Positions 1-11,240 of a stretch of 64,000 nucleotides of DNA are shown piece after piece. Position 1 is the stretch's first letter, and every line of letters begins with the position of its first letter. A program made the position numbers and the translations under genes. Location of the stretch: the NCBI GenBank assembly GCA_012026655.1, contig JAAILG010000673.1, forward strand, positions 1-64,000, in the 5' to 3' direction. The notes beneath the pieces are model-generated. The model searched no databases and had not been told where the DNA came from. It worked only from the letters and a program-made list of their open reading frames with translations. The stretch comes from Hydrolagus affinis (lineage: Eukaryota).

Positions 1-30
1 GGGTGTGGGGGGAGGAGGGGCTGTGAGATG

Positions 31-230
31 TTGTTGTCTGCTAGCCAAGGATAGGTGACTGTTGCCCTGGAGGTGTGTGTTGGAGGGGGTGGAGGGTGAG
101 TGTCGAGGGATGGGTGGGGGCGGTTTTGTTGTCTGCTGGCCAGGGAGGTAGTGTTGCCCTTGAAGTGTGTGGAGGGGGAGGGGGGGGTTGTCTGCTGGTC
201 AGGGTTAGGTGGTGTTGCCCTGGAGGTCAG
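31..230. repeat. Three imperfect G-rich direct repeats upstream of the ATG
   Basis: The unit TTGTCTGCT(A/G)G.CA.GG..AGGT...TGTTGCCCT.GA.GT starts near 31, 126 and 187, with G-runs between copies. Confidence 0.75.
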
Positions 231-288
231 TGGCCGCTGCCTTAGGCAGAGCTGGTGGCAGCTGAGCTTTGGTGAGGGACACACAGCA

Positions 289-420
289 ATGGAGAAGCTG
301 GGGACAGTGGGCAGCCCGCACCTGCAGCTCTGGGTGGACGAGAAGGAGCTGAGAACCGGCATCGAGTCTCTGTTACAGCAACTGCGACCTCTCTGGAAAG
401 CCTCCGAGATTAGGATAAAG
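289..420 (+). CDS. Ethanolamine kinase family gene, first coding exon (MEKLGTVGSPHLQLWVDEKELRTGIESLLQQLRPLWKASEIRIK)
   Basis: The ATG at 289 has a strong Kozak context (GCAATGG). The peptide aligns with the ETNK1 N-terminus as I recall it (L.VTV...GALSLLQHLRPHWDPQEVTLQ). The exon ends in phase 0 at AAG|GCAAGT and joins exon 2 in frame. Confidence 0.88.
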
Positions 421-705
421 GCAAGTTGTAAGAATAACAGAGAGCAGCAGCACAGGCTAGGGTGGAGCCAGCCTGGCTAACTGACAAGCTAACGGCACAC
501 AACTGTGTCCTATTTGGGTCTCTTCTGTCTGGTCACCTCCTACTTTGTGGCTTTACTCACCCACCCTCCCAACAACTCTCTTACTTTGAAGGGTGGTGAT
601 GGGTGGTAGGTAAGTGGGTGGGGGGAGTGGAGGGGGGTTGTTGGGCAGAGACACACTGCCCTCTTCAGCTCCCTCTGCCCCACCTTGGCAAATGACTCAT
701 GAAAT

Positions 706-1545
706 TAGGGGTTGTCAACCCTCCCAAGATTATTCCGAAGACCAACCACATCACCTCCCACCCCCCACTTACTACCCCCAAGAGAAACACATCATCGCGC
801 TTTAGGGGTACCCGAGCCGAACTGAGATTTCCATGCATCTCACGTACACATGGAAAGCCCAGAGATAGATAGATTGTTGGAATGGTGGAACATGCCCTCT
901 CTCTCCCTAGAGGGACACGGCCTGCTTTACCTAATTCTGCAAAGTATTAGGCACACGTTGGCGAGAGCCATGGAGTGGGGACTCCACAGAGTCTACGTTG
1001 GGGGTAACTACTGGAGTCTAACCAGCTAAAAATACATAGTTTGTCATGGATAGCACTATCTGCTAAACGTTCCCGCTGCCCGTCCAGTTAGGACCACCCA
1101 GGAATTAAAGATTAATGTTCCGGATGCTGCTGCAAGCAACCTGGGTGAAAAAATCATTGTGAGTATTCAGAATGGATGTTGAATGGTGAATCGGGTTTAT
1201 CTTGTTATCAGCTTCTCGTTAGTTTCATACATTCCTGGAGGCTTTAAATGTCTAGCAATAGAATGAAATACAGTACCAAGGTTGCCTTCTCTCAACCATC
1301 TTATTGGTGTTCTGGTTCCCGCGACTTATGATGCCACCCTAAAGTCAGTGCTGTCTCACTTTTAAGATAGCCACCAAACATAACGTAACTCTGGCTTGCG
1401 AGCAATCACAGTGTTTTGCAACCGACCTGTGTTTTCAAATTGTTCGCTCCACAGTAAGTGAGTTTTGAGCAGGTCAGTTCATGAGAGCCGTTACGTCACG
1501 TTATGAAACCTCCCGGAATATACCCGAGTAGAATTGGCAACCCTA
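706..1545. mobile_element. Old non-autonomous DNA transposon with hAT-like TIRs
   Basis: Left end TAGGGGTTGTCAACC and right end AATTGGCAACCCTA (reverse complement TAGGGTTGCCAATT). The 8-bp flanks CATGAAAT and CTTCAAGT match at 5/8 positions. No transposase ORF. Confidence 0.6.
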
Positions 1546-2559
1546 CTTCAAGTTCTCTCATTGATTTCACTAACAAATCATGTTGAAAGATAAAGGGTAT
1601 GAAAGAATTGGAAGGGTAGGATTGAACCCTATTGCAAAGATTCAGCTCGAAGAGAAAGGGAATGCTGCCTCATGTGAAGGGTGACATATAAATGCAAGTT
1701 GTTGTTGTTGGCGAGGGGGAAAAAATCTGTCCAGTTGTCCATTGCTGCTCATTAATAAATGGATTATGCATGTGTGCGGATGGTGGGTGAGAATATGAAG
1801 TGCCTTTCTTGATTCAGATGCTTTCCCAAAGCCGCCTAACACTTGACTGCATAGTCTCGCATGTGATATTACCATGGTACCATGAAACATGAGGGGGCAA
1901 TAGATAATTATAGAGAGGGGTTTGGGTGATCATTGAAGGGCATTAAATGATCAACGAGGGAGCATTGGGTGATCGTTGACGGGATTTCACTTGTAGTGAA
2001 AAAGTATCTTTGCGGATACATTAATTATTCCCTTGTGCATATCTGGGAAGACTGCTGTGAGGGCAGGAATCCAAAGATAGCTTTGATTTTCATGAGTATG
2101 AATTGTTGTGAGGGTTGTCTGTCTTAGTGGCCATTGCAGGTAGGAGCTACGGCTGAGTATGCAGATTGGTACAGTACTGCATGATCTGCAATGCAGAAGA
2201 TGCCTGAGGTAGAATTGGCAATTGTACAGAGGGACAGACACAAAAAATATCCAACAGGGGAGAAAGCGCTGGATATGATATTTATGCAATCGGTGCACTC
2301 ACAGGGTGGAAAACATTCAAGCAACAATGACGTGGGTCCTTTGAAGGATGAGTTATGGAACATAATGTTTCTGATCAGATAGTGAAGATCTAAGACCCAA
2401 ATTCTCAGTTTTATTATTGGAAGTACAAAATTCTTAAGATTATTTTTTAAATGCCTTCCTGAAGTGAAAGGAGTTATATAAATGTAATTTTGTTGTTTCA
2501 TGTTGTTGCAAAAAAAAATTCTGAAATCTTTTTCTCAAGTGTACCCTTCCCATCCCAAC

Positions 2560-2819
2560 ATCAGTAGTCAGGCCTTCAGCCTCTCCCACCCTTTGGAACT
2601 CCATTCGTCAGTCCCTTCACCTCGCCTTCTCCCTTGCTTCCTACAAATGCCAGCTCAAGACCTTCCATTTTTCAGTGCACCTTCAGTAACCTCCTACCAC
2701 CATACACCCTCCACCCTTCCTGATCTCAACCCCTACCTCGGGTGCAAATCTTTGACTGTCCAGTGGCTTAGGATGTCATCCCTATGAGAAAGGTGCTATA
2801 CAAAATTCATTTGTTGTTG
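2560..2819 (+). mobile_element. L2 LINE 3' end fragment
   Basis: It ends GACTGTCCAG...GAAAGGTGCTATACAAAATTCATTTGTTGTTG, the same 3' end as the copies at 25881, 26760 and 61715. Confidence 0.7.
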
Positions 2820-3284
2820 AAAGCCTTGTTTGCTCTCGGATTGATTTTAATGCTGTGAGATTAGTTCAAATCTTTTTGTTTCCCAAATCTCTGAGTATAC
2901 TACAGGAAATATCTTAGAATTTTAAGAACATCATGAAATATCTGACTACAGTCTTTTGTCAATACTACAACGTGCTGGTAGATCTCAGTTTGAAGGAAAA
3001 TGACTCCCCCAGTCTGAACTCCCTGTAAACTCCTCTGGAAAATACATTAAAATAGTTTTAAGGGGTTTACAGATCTGATGTTTGAATAAACTGTATTTTT
3101 GGTGGAAAATGGAACAATACACAAAAGATTACCTTTTCATCTGGAGGGGTGATTTTGTTTGCATAAGGGAGTGAGCGAGTGTGAAAGAGAGAGGAAATGG
3201 GAGCAAGCACGTAAAGGTACAAGCAGCAGATGGAATTAAAAACTGGGAGTGAGAAACAAAGCAAAAAAAAATCAGTACTTTATC

Positions 3285-3321
3285 AGTCCTGACGAAGGGT
3301 TGTAGACCTGAAATGTTGACT
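3285..3321 (+). ncRNA. Degenerate minimal type I hammerhead ribozyme motif
   Basis: Stem I AGTC/GACT, core CTGACGA (3289-3295), stem II AGG/CCT, GAAA (3310-3313), then TG-TT in place of the usual CG-TH. Confidence 0.6.
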
Positions 3322-3420
3322 CCTTTTCCTTTCTCCATGGATGCTGTTTGACCTGCTGAGTTTCCCCAGAAACTTTTGTTTTTGTTTCAGATTCCCAGCA
3401 TCTGTAGTATTTTGTGTTTT
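3285..3420 (+). mobile_element. Penelope-like element terminal-repeat fragment
   Basis: CTGACGAAGGGT...GAAATGTTGACT...GATGCTG..TGACCTGCTGAGTTTCCCCAG...CCAGCATCTGTAGT matches the common chondrichthyan Penelope-type end as I recall it, and it begins with a hammerhead motif. Confidence 0.7.
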
Positions 3421-3557
3421 GTCAGTACTTTATTCTGAGCTTTTAATTCAACTTTATGCGAGTTTATCTTTCAATTGTACCTTAACTCAATCATATTTAT
3501 GGTGGTCACTATTTCCTCTTCCTCTCCCTTGCTTTCTGTCCCAATCCCACCATTTGT

Positions 3558-3870
3558 GGAGTCCTATAGCTCAGTGGTTAGAGCACTCGCCTTACAAGCG
3601 TGAGACCTGTGTTCGAATCCAGGCAGGTCAGGGCGAAACCTTGGGCAAGTTTCCTTACTCCACACGCCTAAGAATAATCCCTCCAAAAAAAACACAATAA
3701 TAAATTTGGTCATTTCAACCCACCACTGTTTGTGGGACACTGCTGTGCACAATTGGCTGCCATGTTTCGCCCGCAAATATACAGTCAATTCACTTGATAT
3801 TCTGTGAAGCGCTTTGAGACATCTAGAAAACATGAAAAGCGCTATATCAAAATGCAAGGATTATTATTAT
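3558..3870 (+). mobile_element. Full-length tRNA-derived SINE, short subfamily (Deu-like 3' body, L2-like tail)
   Basis: A-box TAGCTCAGTGG (3567-3577), B-box GTTCGAATCC (3611-3620), body TGTGGGACACTGCTGTGCACAATTGGCTGCC and tail GAAAAGCGCTATATCAAAATGCAAGG(ATT)n. Many related copies occur in the window. Confidence 0.92.
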
Positions 3871-4849
3871 ACAAAGCAGTGCAACACTACTTCCTGTGAA
3901 GGACACTATAGAAACACAAAATGCTTTTATTGTATTAGCAACAATTTGAGTGCTTTTCTCTTTGAAAGCCATCAGTTTCAAATACGGTACCTAGATAGAG
4001 AGAGACCAGTTCCATCAATCCACGAGTCCAAGAGGCCATGATTTGAGGATTGTCATTGAGGGGAAAACAAAATGGGGAATTAGGAAGATTTCTTTACACA
4101 CAGAATGTAATCCTACAGGATCACAAGAGAGGCATGGATGATAAAGGCTCCTTAGCTGATTTAATCTCTTCCTTCCATAGCAGCCACCCAAGCTTCTTCC
4201 CGCTACAACCCCTTGCACTTACATAGCGTCCTTCACGCAGGCTAGTACCTTGGAGCATTGAGATACATCAAGCTAACCTGTTCCAGTCACGACCCATTAA
4301 TTACCCTTTTCTAAGAAATATTTCCTGTTGTCTGTCCTGAAATTGCCCTTCACAACCCTGAACCTGTGCCCAGCTGTCCTGCTGCTTTGGCATATGGTAG
4401 GTTTGACAAAGTATCCAAATTGACCACAATATATAAAAAAAAACACAATGATTGATTGTGCTAATGCAGAGCCTCAGTCTACACATCTTGTAGACACGTG
4501 CAAACCAGAACTTGCGAGGAAGCCAGCCAGGCTTCAGAGAGGACACAATAATAATGTTGGTAATATAGTTCCTGAAATACCAGATGGCTAGTTCCAGAGA
4601 TAACCACATCTTCTATGTGTCCCAGTGCCTGGGCGGTAGAGCACAAACCTTGCCCCATGTTGTCAGAGACATAGAGGAACGGAAAGGAGGAAGTCAACAC
4701 AGGAAAATCTCCCACAACAAAATGGGAGGGGGAGAGGGGAGAAGGAGGAAAAGAAGCAAGGCTTGACTGCCTTGAAATATAACTTTTCAATATTGTGAAA
4801 TGAAAGTATTAATATTCTACTCAATACTAATTAATAGTAATAATAATTT

Positions 4850-5015
4850 AAGCGCTTTGAGACATCTAGAAGACTTGAAAAGCAGGATATCAAATGCAAG
4901 TATCATTATAATAAAAAGCCTTGCATTTGATATACTGTAGCACCTTATCACATCGTTGAGACGTCTCAAAGCGCGAATATATTGTAGAGTTGGTTGACTG
5001 TGTATTTTGTGGACG
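4850..5015. mobile_element. Two SINE 3' tails in tail-to-tail inverted orientation
   Basis: GCGCTTTGAGACATCT...ATATCAAATGCAAG followed by CTTGCATTTGATAT...AGACGTCTCAAAGCGC. Confidence 0.8.
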
Positions 5016-6532
5016 TTAATTTAAAATTAAGGTAAGAAACTGGTAGTTGATATTTGTGAAGTACTTTGAAGAGATTTTGATTTGATAAAGCACTTTAAAA
5101 GTACAAGTTATCTTGTTTCTTTATGTCAAGTCACCGTTTGTGGATATCACACATGTAACAGCTCTGGCCCTGATCAAAGGTTGTCTTGTGTTTAAATGTT
5201 ACAGAGAAGGAGAGTACAGAATAATACAATAAAGCACTAAGTTGCGAAACCATGTTTGTGTTTGCATTACTCTTAGACTGTTACAAGTCAACTTCATAAA
5301 AGTAGATTCCTCTCCTTTTGAAAGATCAAGCATTTTAAAGGGAAATGTTGTTGTATTGGGATGTTTTGAGTCTGGCTCACTTCCTAGGACAAACTCCACT
5401 CAGAGGTTTACAGGAGCATGCTTAGCTCCTATTCCCAATGCTTACAGCTCTATTTATGAAGTGTTTTATAGGGTGAGTGAGCAGGCAGCAACCAGAACTC
5501 TCTCTTCAATCTTTCCGATTTTGCAATAATATTTTTATATGTCTAAATAAAAGAGGTAATCAAAATGACATTGATATGCCCAAAATGTTGCCTAGTTGTA
5601 GCTGATCAACCCCTTTTGTCTTAAATTTTAACATTGTGCAGAATTGGGGAACTTTCTTAAATTGAGTGTTAACTCAATTCAGTTTGCCACAATCACACCT
5701 TATAGTAGAATCTGTGAAGTCCTTTGAGATATCCTCCTGATGTGAAAGATGCTTTATTAAATACAAGGATTATTAATAATATAATAATACTGTAATAGTA
5801 ATATTATTAATAATGGTAATATTGTTAAAAATGGTAATTTGAATAACTTAGAAGTTTCCTTTTAAGAACTATGGAAAATTGACGTCCAAATTAGTAATGA
5901 GTTTATGAATTTATCCCAATTCTGTGCCATTTTAAAATCTGACATCAAATTTTTTTCTGCTACAGACTGAATGGAAATATATTTGTTGATATCGAGAACA
6001 CCATAGCGGGAAAAAATCTGTTATTTCTTCACATTTTCACCTAATTTTGCTTAATAACATTCACCATCAGAAAACAACTTGTACACGTATTGACAATGTA
6101 AGCTTTATCAGTAATTGAAAGGGTACTGCAAAGCCCTAAATCCAAATCATACATTCCTCAAAGTACCATATTAGCTATGGTTTCATATAAATATTGCAAA
6201 GGTTTTCGTTGACTATTCAACCTGCACCCTGATGTGACTTCTGCATACAATAAGCAGGGTAACAGAGGGCTGCTGAGATTGTGGGCTTGAGTGTCTTGGC
6301 CAAGATTTCGCAGCTTTTTGCTGCTGCCATTTTGTATAGAAGATGAATTAGCTTTCAACTTTAATAAAGCTGGGGGGTGGGGGGGGTTTTAAAGTAATTT
6401 GGCAGGATATAAGTAACCTATACTGCTTATTGCTTTTATGATCAAAAAAACAGTGCTATATCAAATTAAGAATGTCTCAAAGTTCCTGTGATGTGGAGCT
6501 GCTGCATATTTGTGACAGCAAATTTGTGTATA

Positions 6533-6905
6533 GCAACAACAACAACAACAAATTGTATTTTTATAGTGCCTTTCATGTCAGGAGGATATCCCAAGGTGTT
6601 GGGCAGTCAAGGTTTTGATACCCAAGCTGGAGGTTGGAATTAGGATGAGTGGGGCAGGCAAGGCAGGGGATGTAAGCAGGCCAGTGTCTGCTGAGCGGTG
6701 CGAGCAAGGTGAGTTGGTTGGGTCAAGGTCGCAACAATGTCCATCCCACAACCAGCCTTGACATGAAAGACCAATTTTATCTCGAGATATATTGGCCAAT
6801 TCATGGAGAGAAACTCCTTTCTCGTGTGGATTACTGCTATGGGATCTTTTAACGTCCACCTGAACAGGCAGCCATTTGTGCCTTGGGTCCAGTGAACTGA
6901 GCTTG
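6533..6905 (-). mobile_element. L2 3' tail plus an adjacent old Deu-SINE fragment
   Basis: (CAA)n tail with TATAGTGCCTTTCA at the left, and ATGGGATCTTTTAACGTCCACCTGAAC (Deu domain, reverse strand) at the right. Confidence 0.65.
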
Positions 6906-9900
6906 ATCTCCCCATCTCCCATTATTGCACCTGGAAACCTTTCTGAACACACTTTCCAGGGTGAAAATAGTTTCCCCAATGGTCCACGGGTTTTCAGTGA
7001 CTGCTGCTTCCCATGCAGCACGTTGGGCCCATGTGGAATTTGAGAATGTCCATATGGTCCAAGACTCCAAGTCTCAATATCCAGGACCATCCATCGCAAT
7101 GCTCAATTCCTGCCATTAGGTGCCAGTAGCGTATTAATGTGGATTAGGTCACCGAAAGTGACAGTTTTTTTTCCAGTCTGGCTTTAAAATGAGCCCAAAC
7201 TCAGCTCAACCAGGGAATGGAGTTTGGAGCAGAGGAATTTTAATGGTGGAACAGGACAACTGATATGTAAAGTCATCACTGTTTTAGCCCTTTAAAGGCT
7301 ATTGGATTGAAATTACTCATGATCAGTCTCATTCTGTTGTGAAGTCCGAGATTTTATAAAGTATTAAGTTAAATGCTTTCCCGCCTAAGTATCAGTGTCT
7401 GCACAGATTATTTCCTGAGATGCAAGTGGTTGATTGGATGGCTGCGAGTAATGGTATAATGAATACATTATTTTGTAACGTTGGAAAGTTATTGCACTCG
7501 CCAGAATAAGTGATGTTTTGGTTAAAGATTGGGAGTGATATCAAGGAATCAATCCAGGATTGCTTACCCTATCGGGTATATTTCAACAGCTGGATGGGTT
7601 AAACCAGTTAGCATGTAAGTCAATAGCCATCCCTGAATTGGAAGGGAATAATCAAAATCTTGTGCAGTGTATAGATGCAGTTTGGTCTCCATTACTTTGC
7701 AACAGTGAGAGAATTGTTGAGGTCAAAACCTCTGGCGCTTCACTGTACTCCATCCACATGTTCAGGAGTCCCAAGTAACCATTTTGAAGCAATCACAAAA
7801 ATGTAAGGAGTCGAAATAAATGAAACCAAACTTTCTTCATGTTGACTGTCTTCTCTCATTACTTGGCTGAAACCTTTGTCTTGTCTATTAATTTAATTAA
7901 TTTTCTGCATTTTAAAAAAAAACCTCAAGCTTGTTTTGTTGTTGTTCGTGAACCTTACTCCATTTTATAAATCTTTCTGTAGCATTTTTTGGGGGAGGGG
8001 GCAAATTTCATTCCAATTATTGCAGTTTTCAGCGCCTTGGGACGTCCTCCCGATGTAAAAGGTACTCTATAAATATAATATTGTTGTCTCTGCATGTATT
8101 CTATCTCCCCAACCCCCTCCCATTCCCCACTCTTGGTTTGTCTTGGAATTTTTGCCATTAGTTTCCACTGTTAAGATCCACAGAGTCATCCTGCTGGTGA
8201 GAATGTGGAGCTCATATGGTGAGTGCTTCGGCTGCCGTTTCCTGAGCTACTGCGGATGATGGGGGTCTTGACTCAAATTTTTTTTAAAAATCAGCCTACA
8301 GCATTGTACAAGCCAAGGCAGATGTCAGTGGAAAAGAAATCTTTCTCCAGGGAGATGTATTCTGAACGCTTTGTCAGTGTATGAATATTGCCAACTAAGT
8401 CTAGGCAGATATGAGCAGCATCTGGATTCCTGCATGCATTTTCTAGCCTCTTCTTCCAAAACACATTTCTGTATTACTCACAAGAGGGTACAGAGCTAGG
8501 GAACTGAGATGGTTACCAGGCCTTCGGAATGTATGTTGGAAGAGAAGGGGAAAGAGGATAAGCTTGTGGTCTTTGGTAAAGACTTTGGGTTGTCAGGAAG
8601 GATGATTGGATGTTTGACTCATTTAAAATGCTGCTTCCTACTGTGATGGAAGATGGGGCGGGTGGGTGCTCTGAGCCCATTAGCCAAAGGATTTCTTCAT
8701 CGTTCTTGTGTGAGATGAGGTGACCTGTTGCATTGTTTGGGAATTGTGAACCAGCAAGGCTCATCTGGGGAGTTGAAGTACAACTTGTACAACAATGTGG
8801 GGAGTTGAAGTACAACTTGGGAAAAAAAAGGAAGTTTAGCAATATGAAGAGGAATCGAGTAAACCATTTTTACTTTGAGGTTAATAGTCTTGTGGAATAT
8901 GCTACCTTCGTGTCTCTGTGTATTTACTTTTTTTTAAATCAGGCCGTTGGGCTTGAATTCAGCTTCGACAAGCTTTCTCAAAAGCTCTCTCTGTTTCCAA
9001 AGGCACAAATCTGATGTTGCTGCACAAATGCTGGAGTGCTCTAAAACTGTAACTGCCATGGATCTCAGTCTTCACTGGGAAAGAGTTGCCCGTGAATATC
9101 TCTCCAAAACTAACGTCAAGTATTTGCCTTTCCATGGAGTGAATGGAAATAGAGTCATCAAGCAAACGAAACAGGTAGCAATGGCAAAGACGCGCAGTGG
9201 GCCGACTGGCCTCTCTTTGTCCAAATGATTTCTTTGTCCGAATAATGTCAAGGCGAAGGAGTGCTTTGAGGATTCCTACGTACGGTGTAGAATGAATGCT
9301 GATTGCCCAATTTATTCCTCTGCTGTCTTGTCAATTGCCTTGCGACTGCTACAATCGTAGAAGTCTATTAAAACGTACTTGATTGTGAACAGGGGTTATT
9401 AAACATTGGATTTTTCTTTTCAGTCTCTGGTCCATTTCCAGCAGCTGGTGCTTGGCATTCTTTGTTCTATGTGATGGCTCCTTTTCAGCCCCAGAGCTGC
9501 TGCTCCTGTTCTAAAACAATGGATATTTTAGTTAACTGCAGGAGCCTCAAAGAATGCCAGCTTTCATTTGTTACTTGTTCTGAACTGGAATGTTTTCACT
9601 GGGTTCTGCTGCGAAGCCGATTTTTTTTCTTCCCCCCCACCCCGCTCCCCCACGCCTCCATGATGCCAACTTTTTCCCTTCCGTTCTTTGTCAGAAAACA
9701 TTTGTCTCTTGTTGCTTCTAACCATGAATGATAATCCTTGCATCTGAACCACCTTTCGTGTCCAGGGAACATCTCGGTTACATTGCATTCTCTAGAAACT
9801 CACCCAAATATGCATTATTCACCGAGTGGGGAATTATTCCAACTGTGCCAAATTCTGTCTTTCACCACTGTGCGCATACCCCCATTTCTAGTGGGGCTCA

Positions 9901-10974
9901 CTGGATAGGAAACAGTAACCGGAGCCCTGAAAGAATTCTCTCCCTCCTGCACCCTTGTTGGACAACAGTTGGACAATGGTATATCAAGTAAGCGAATGGT
10001 CAGCAACTGACTGAACTGTCAATGGAAACAATTAATGGACTTTGTTCTAAAACTACTGAGTCTGTTGTCTTGCATTGCCAATAAGTTTAAACAAGATATA
10101 CTCAAAAGACTGACACTTGCATGTTGTTGAAAAAGAAACTCCTCTAACAGACACACCATCGCAGTACTTGGTTAACTGCACACACATTAAATGATTCCTT
10201 TTGGTTCAAGTGTGAGCATCCAGTAATGGATGAGTCGGACACAATGTCCAGGGGTCGAACTCTTTTTACAAACCACCAACATCTGTGTTTGGGGAATAAT
10301 TTGGTGCCTGAGCAAATGTTCCCGACAGACAAATATTCCCATTAACTGGCGTGTAGTGTCTTAGTGCTTCCAATTATTATTGGTGGCTGAACAAACTTGT
10401 TTCTGGGTCAGAATGGCTGCTTGGATAAACAGAGAGTTGGTCTTTTTTTTTCCCTTTTAGAGTCTGTCACAAGCTAACATTACGATGTGCCTAATTTTGT
10501 TTAGCTTCACTCAGTCAGTTTAATGTTCTTTACTGCTGTTGAATGGCCAAAGTTTGGACGATCAGCCATTGCTTTTAAACTGCAGAAGAGAGGTTCAGAA
10601 AAGGTGTTGGTATTTATGAAGTGGACATGAATGCTGGATTAAGAATTGTGTTAGGTTGTGCAATTGCAGCTTGCACTGTAGTGCAATGTTAGCCAATTCC
10701 TTCGAATGGAATACGAGGTTACAGAAATAGCAGCAGAATCGCAAAAGAATGAACAAATAAATAATAACGTTCCTTGAGTTCATAGATTGATTGGAGTTCA
10801 AAATGTTGACATGGGACTAATATAAGAAGTAAGAATTCAGACATGCTACCAACTGAGTGGTGGTGAGGTGGACAATAGCAGCCATTATCTAATGTTCATT
10901 CCTCCTTTGAGCGCATGAATGTCCCCAATAAAGACCCCTATAATATAACCATGATAATCCTTTCATTTGATAAT

Positions 10975-11240
10975 AATCCTTGCATTTGATACAGCATCTT
11001 CTCAACTCCTCAAGACATCTCAAAGCACTTCACATAATATACTGTGAAGTGCTTTGACTATATTTTGGAGGGTAATGCCACAACCAATTTGAGCACAGCA
11101 ACAACCCACAAACAGCCATGAAATGAATGATCAATTTTATCTTGGAGGGTATGGAGAGGTAGGGGGCACTTGTGGTCCAGGTCCCTGGGAGAAACTCCCT
11201 TCACTCTTTAAATAGTGCATGGGATCTTTTATGATCACGT
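10975..11240 (-). mobile_element. Old Deu-domain SINE fragment
   Basis: Tail TAATCCTTGCATTTGATA, with GAGAAACTCCCT...AATAGTGCATGGGATCTTT further along. Confidence 0.75.

Noticed and set aside
100-480. 126-aa ORF as a complete gene
   Set aside because: Only 289-420 has ETNK homology. The GTG start is not credible in a vertebrate and the part after 420 is intron read-through.
3558-3630. tRNA-Val(TAC)-like gene
   Set aside because: D, anticodon and T arms are present but the acceptor stem is poor. It runs straight into a SINE body, and the anticodon differs between copies.
6578-7099. 173-aa ORF on -
   Set aside because: It runs through Deu-SINE and L2 3' sequence.
8766-8819. CRISPR-like repeat-spacer-repeat
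   Set aside because: There are only two units with a 10-bp spacer, the context is a vertebrate intron, and there are no cas genes.
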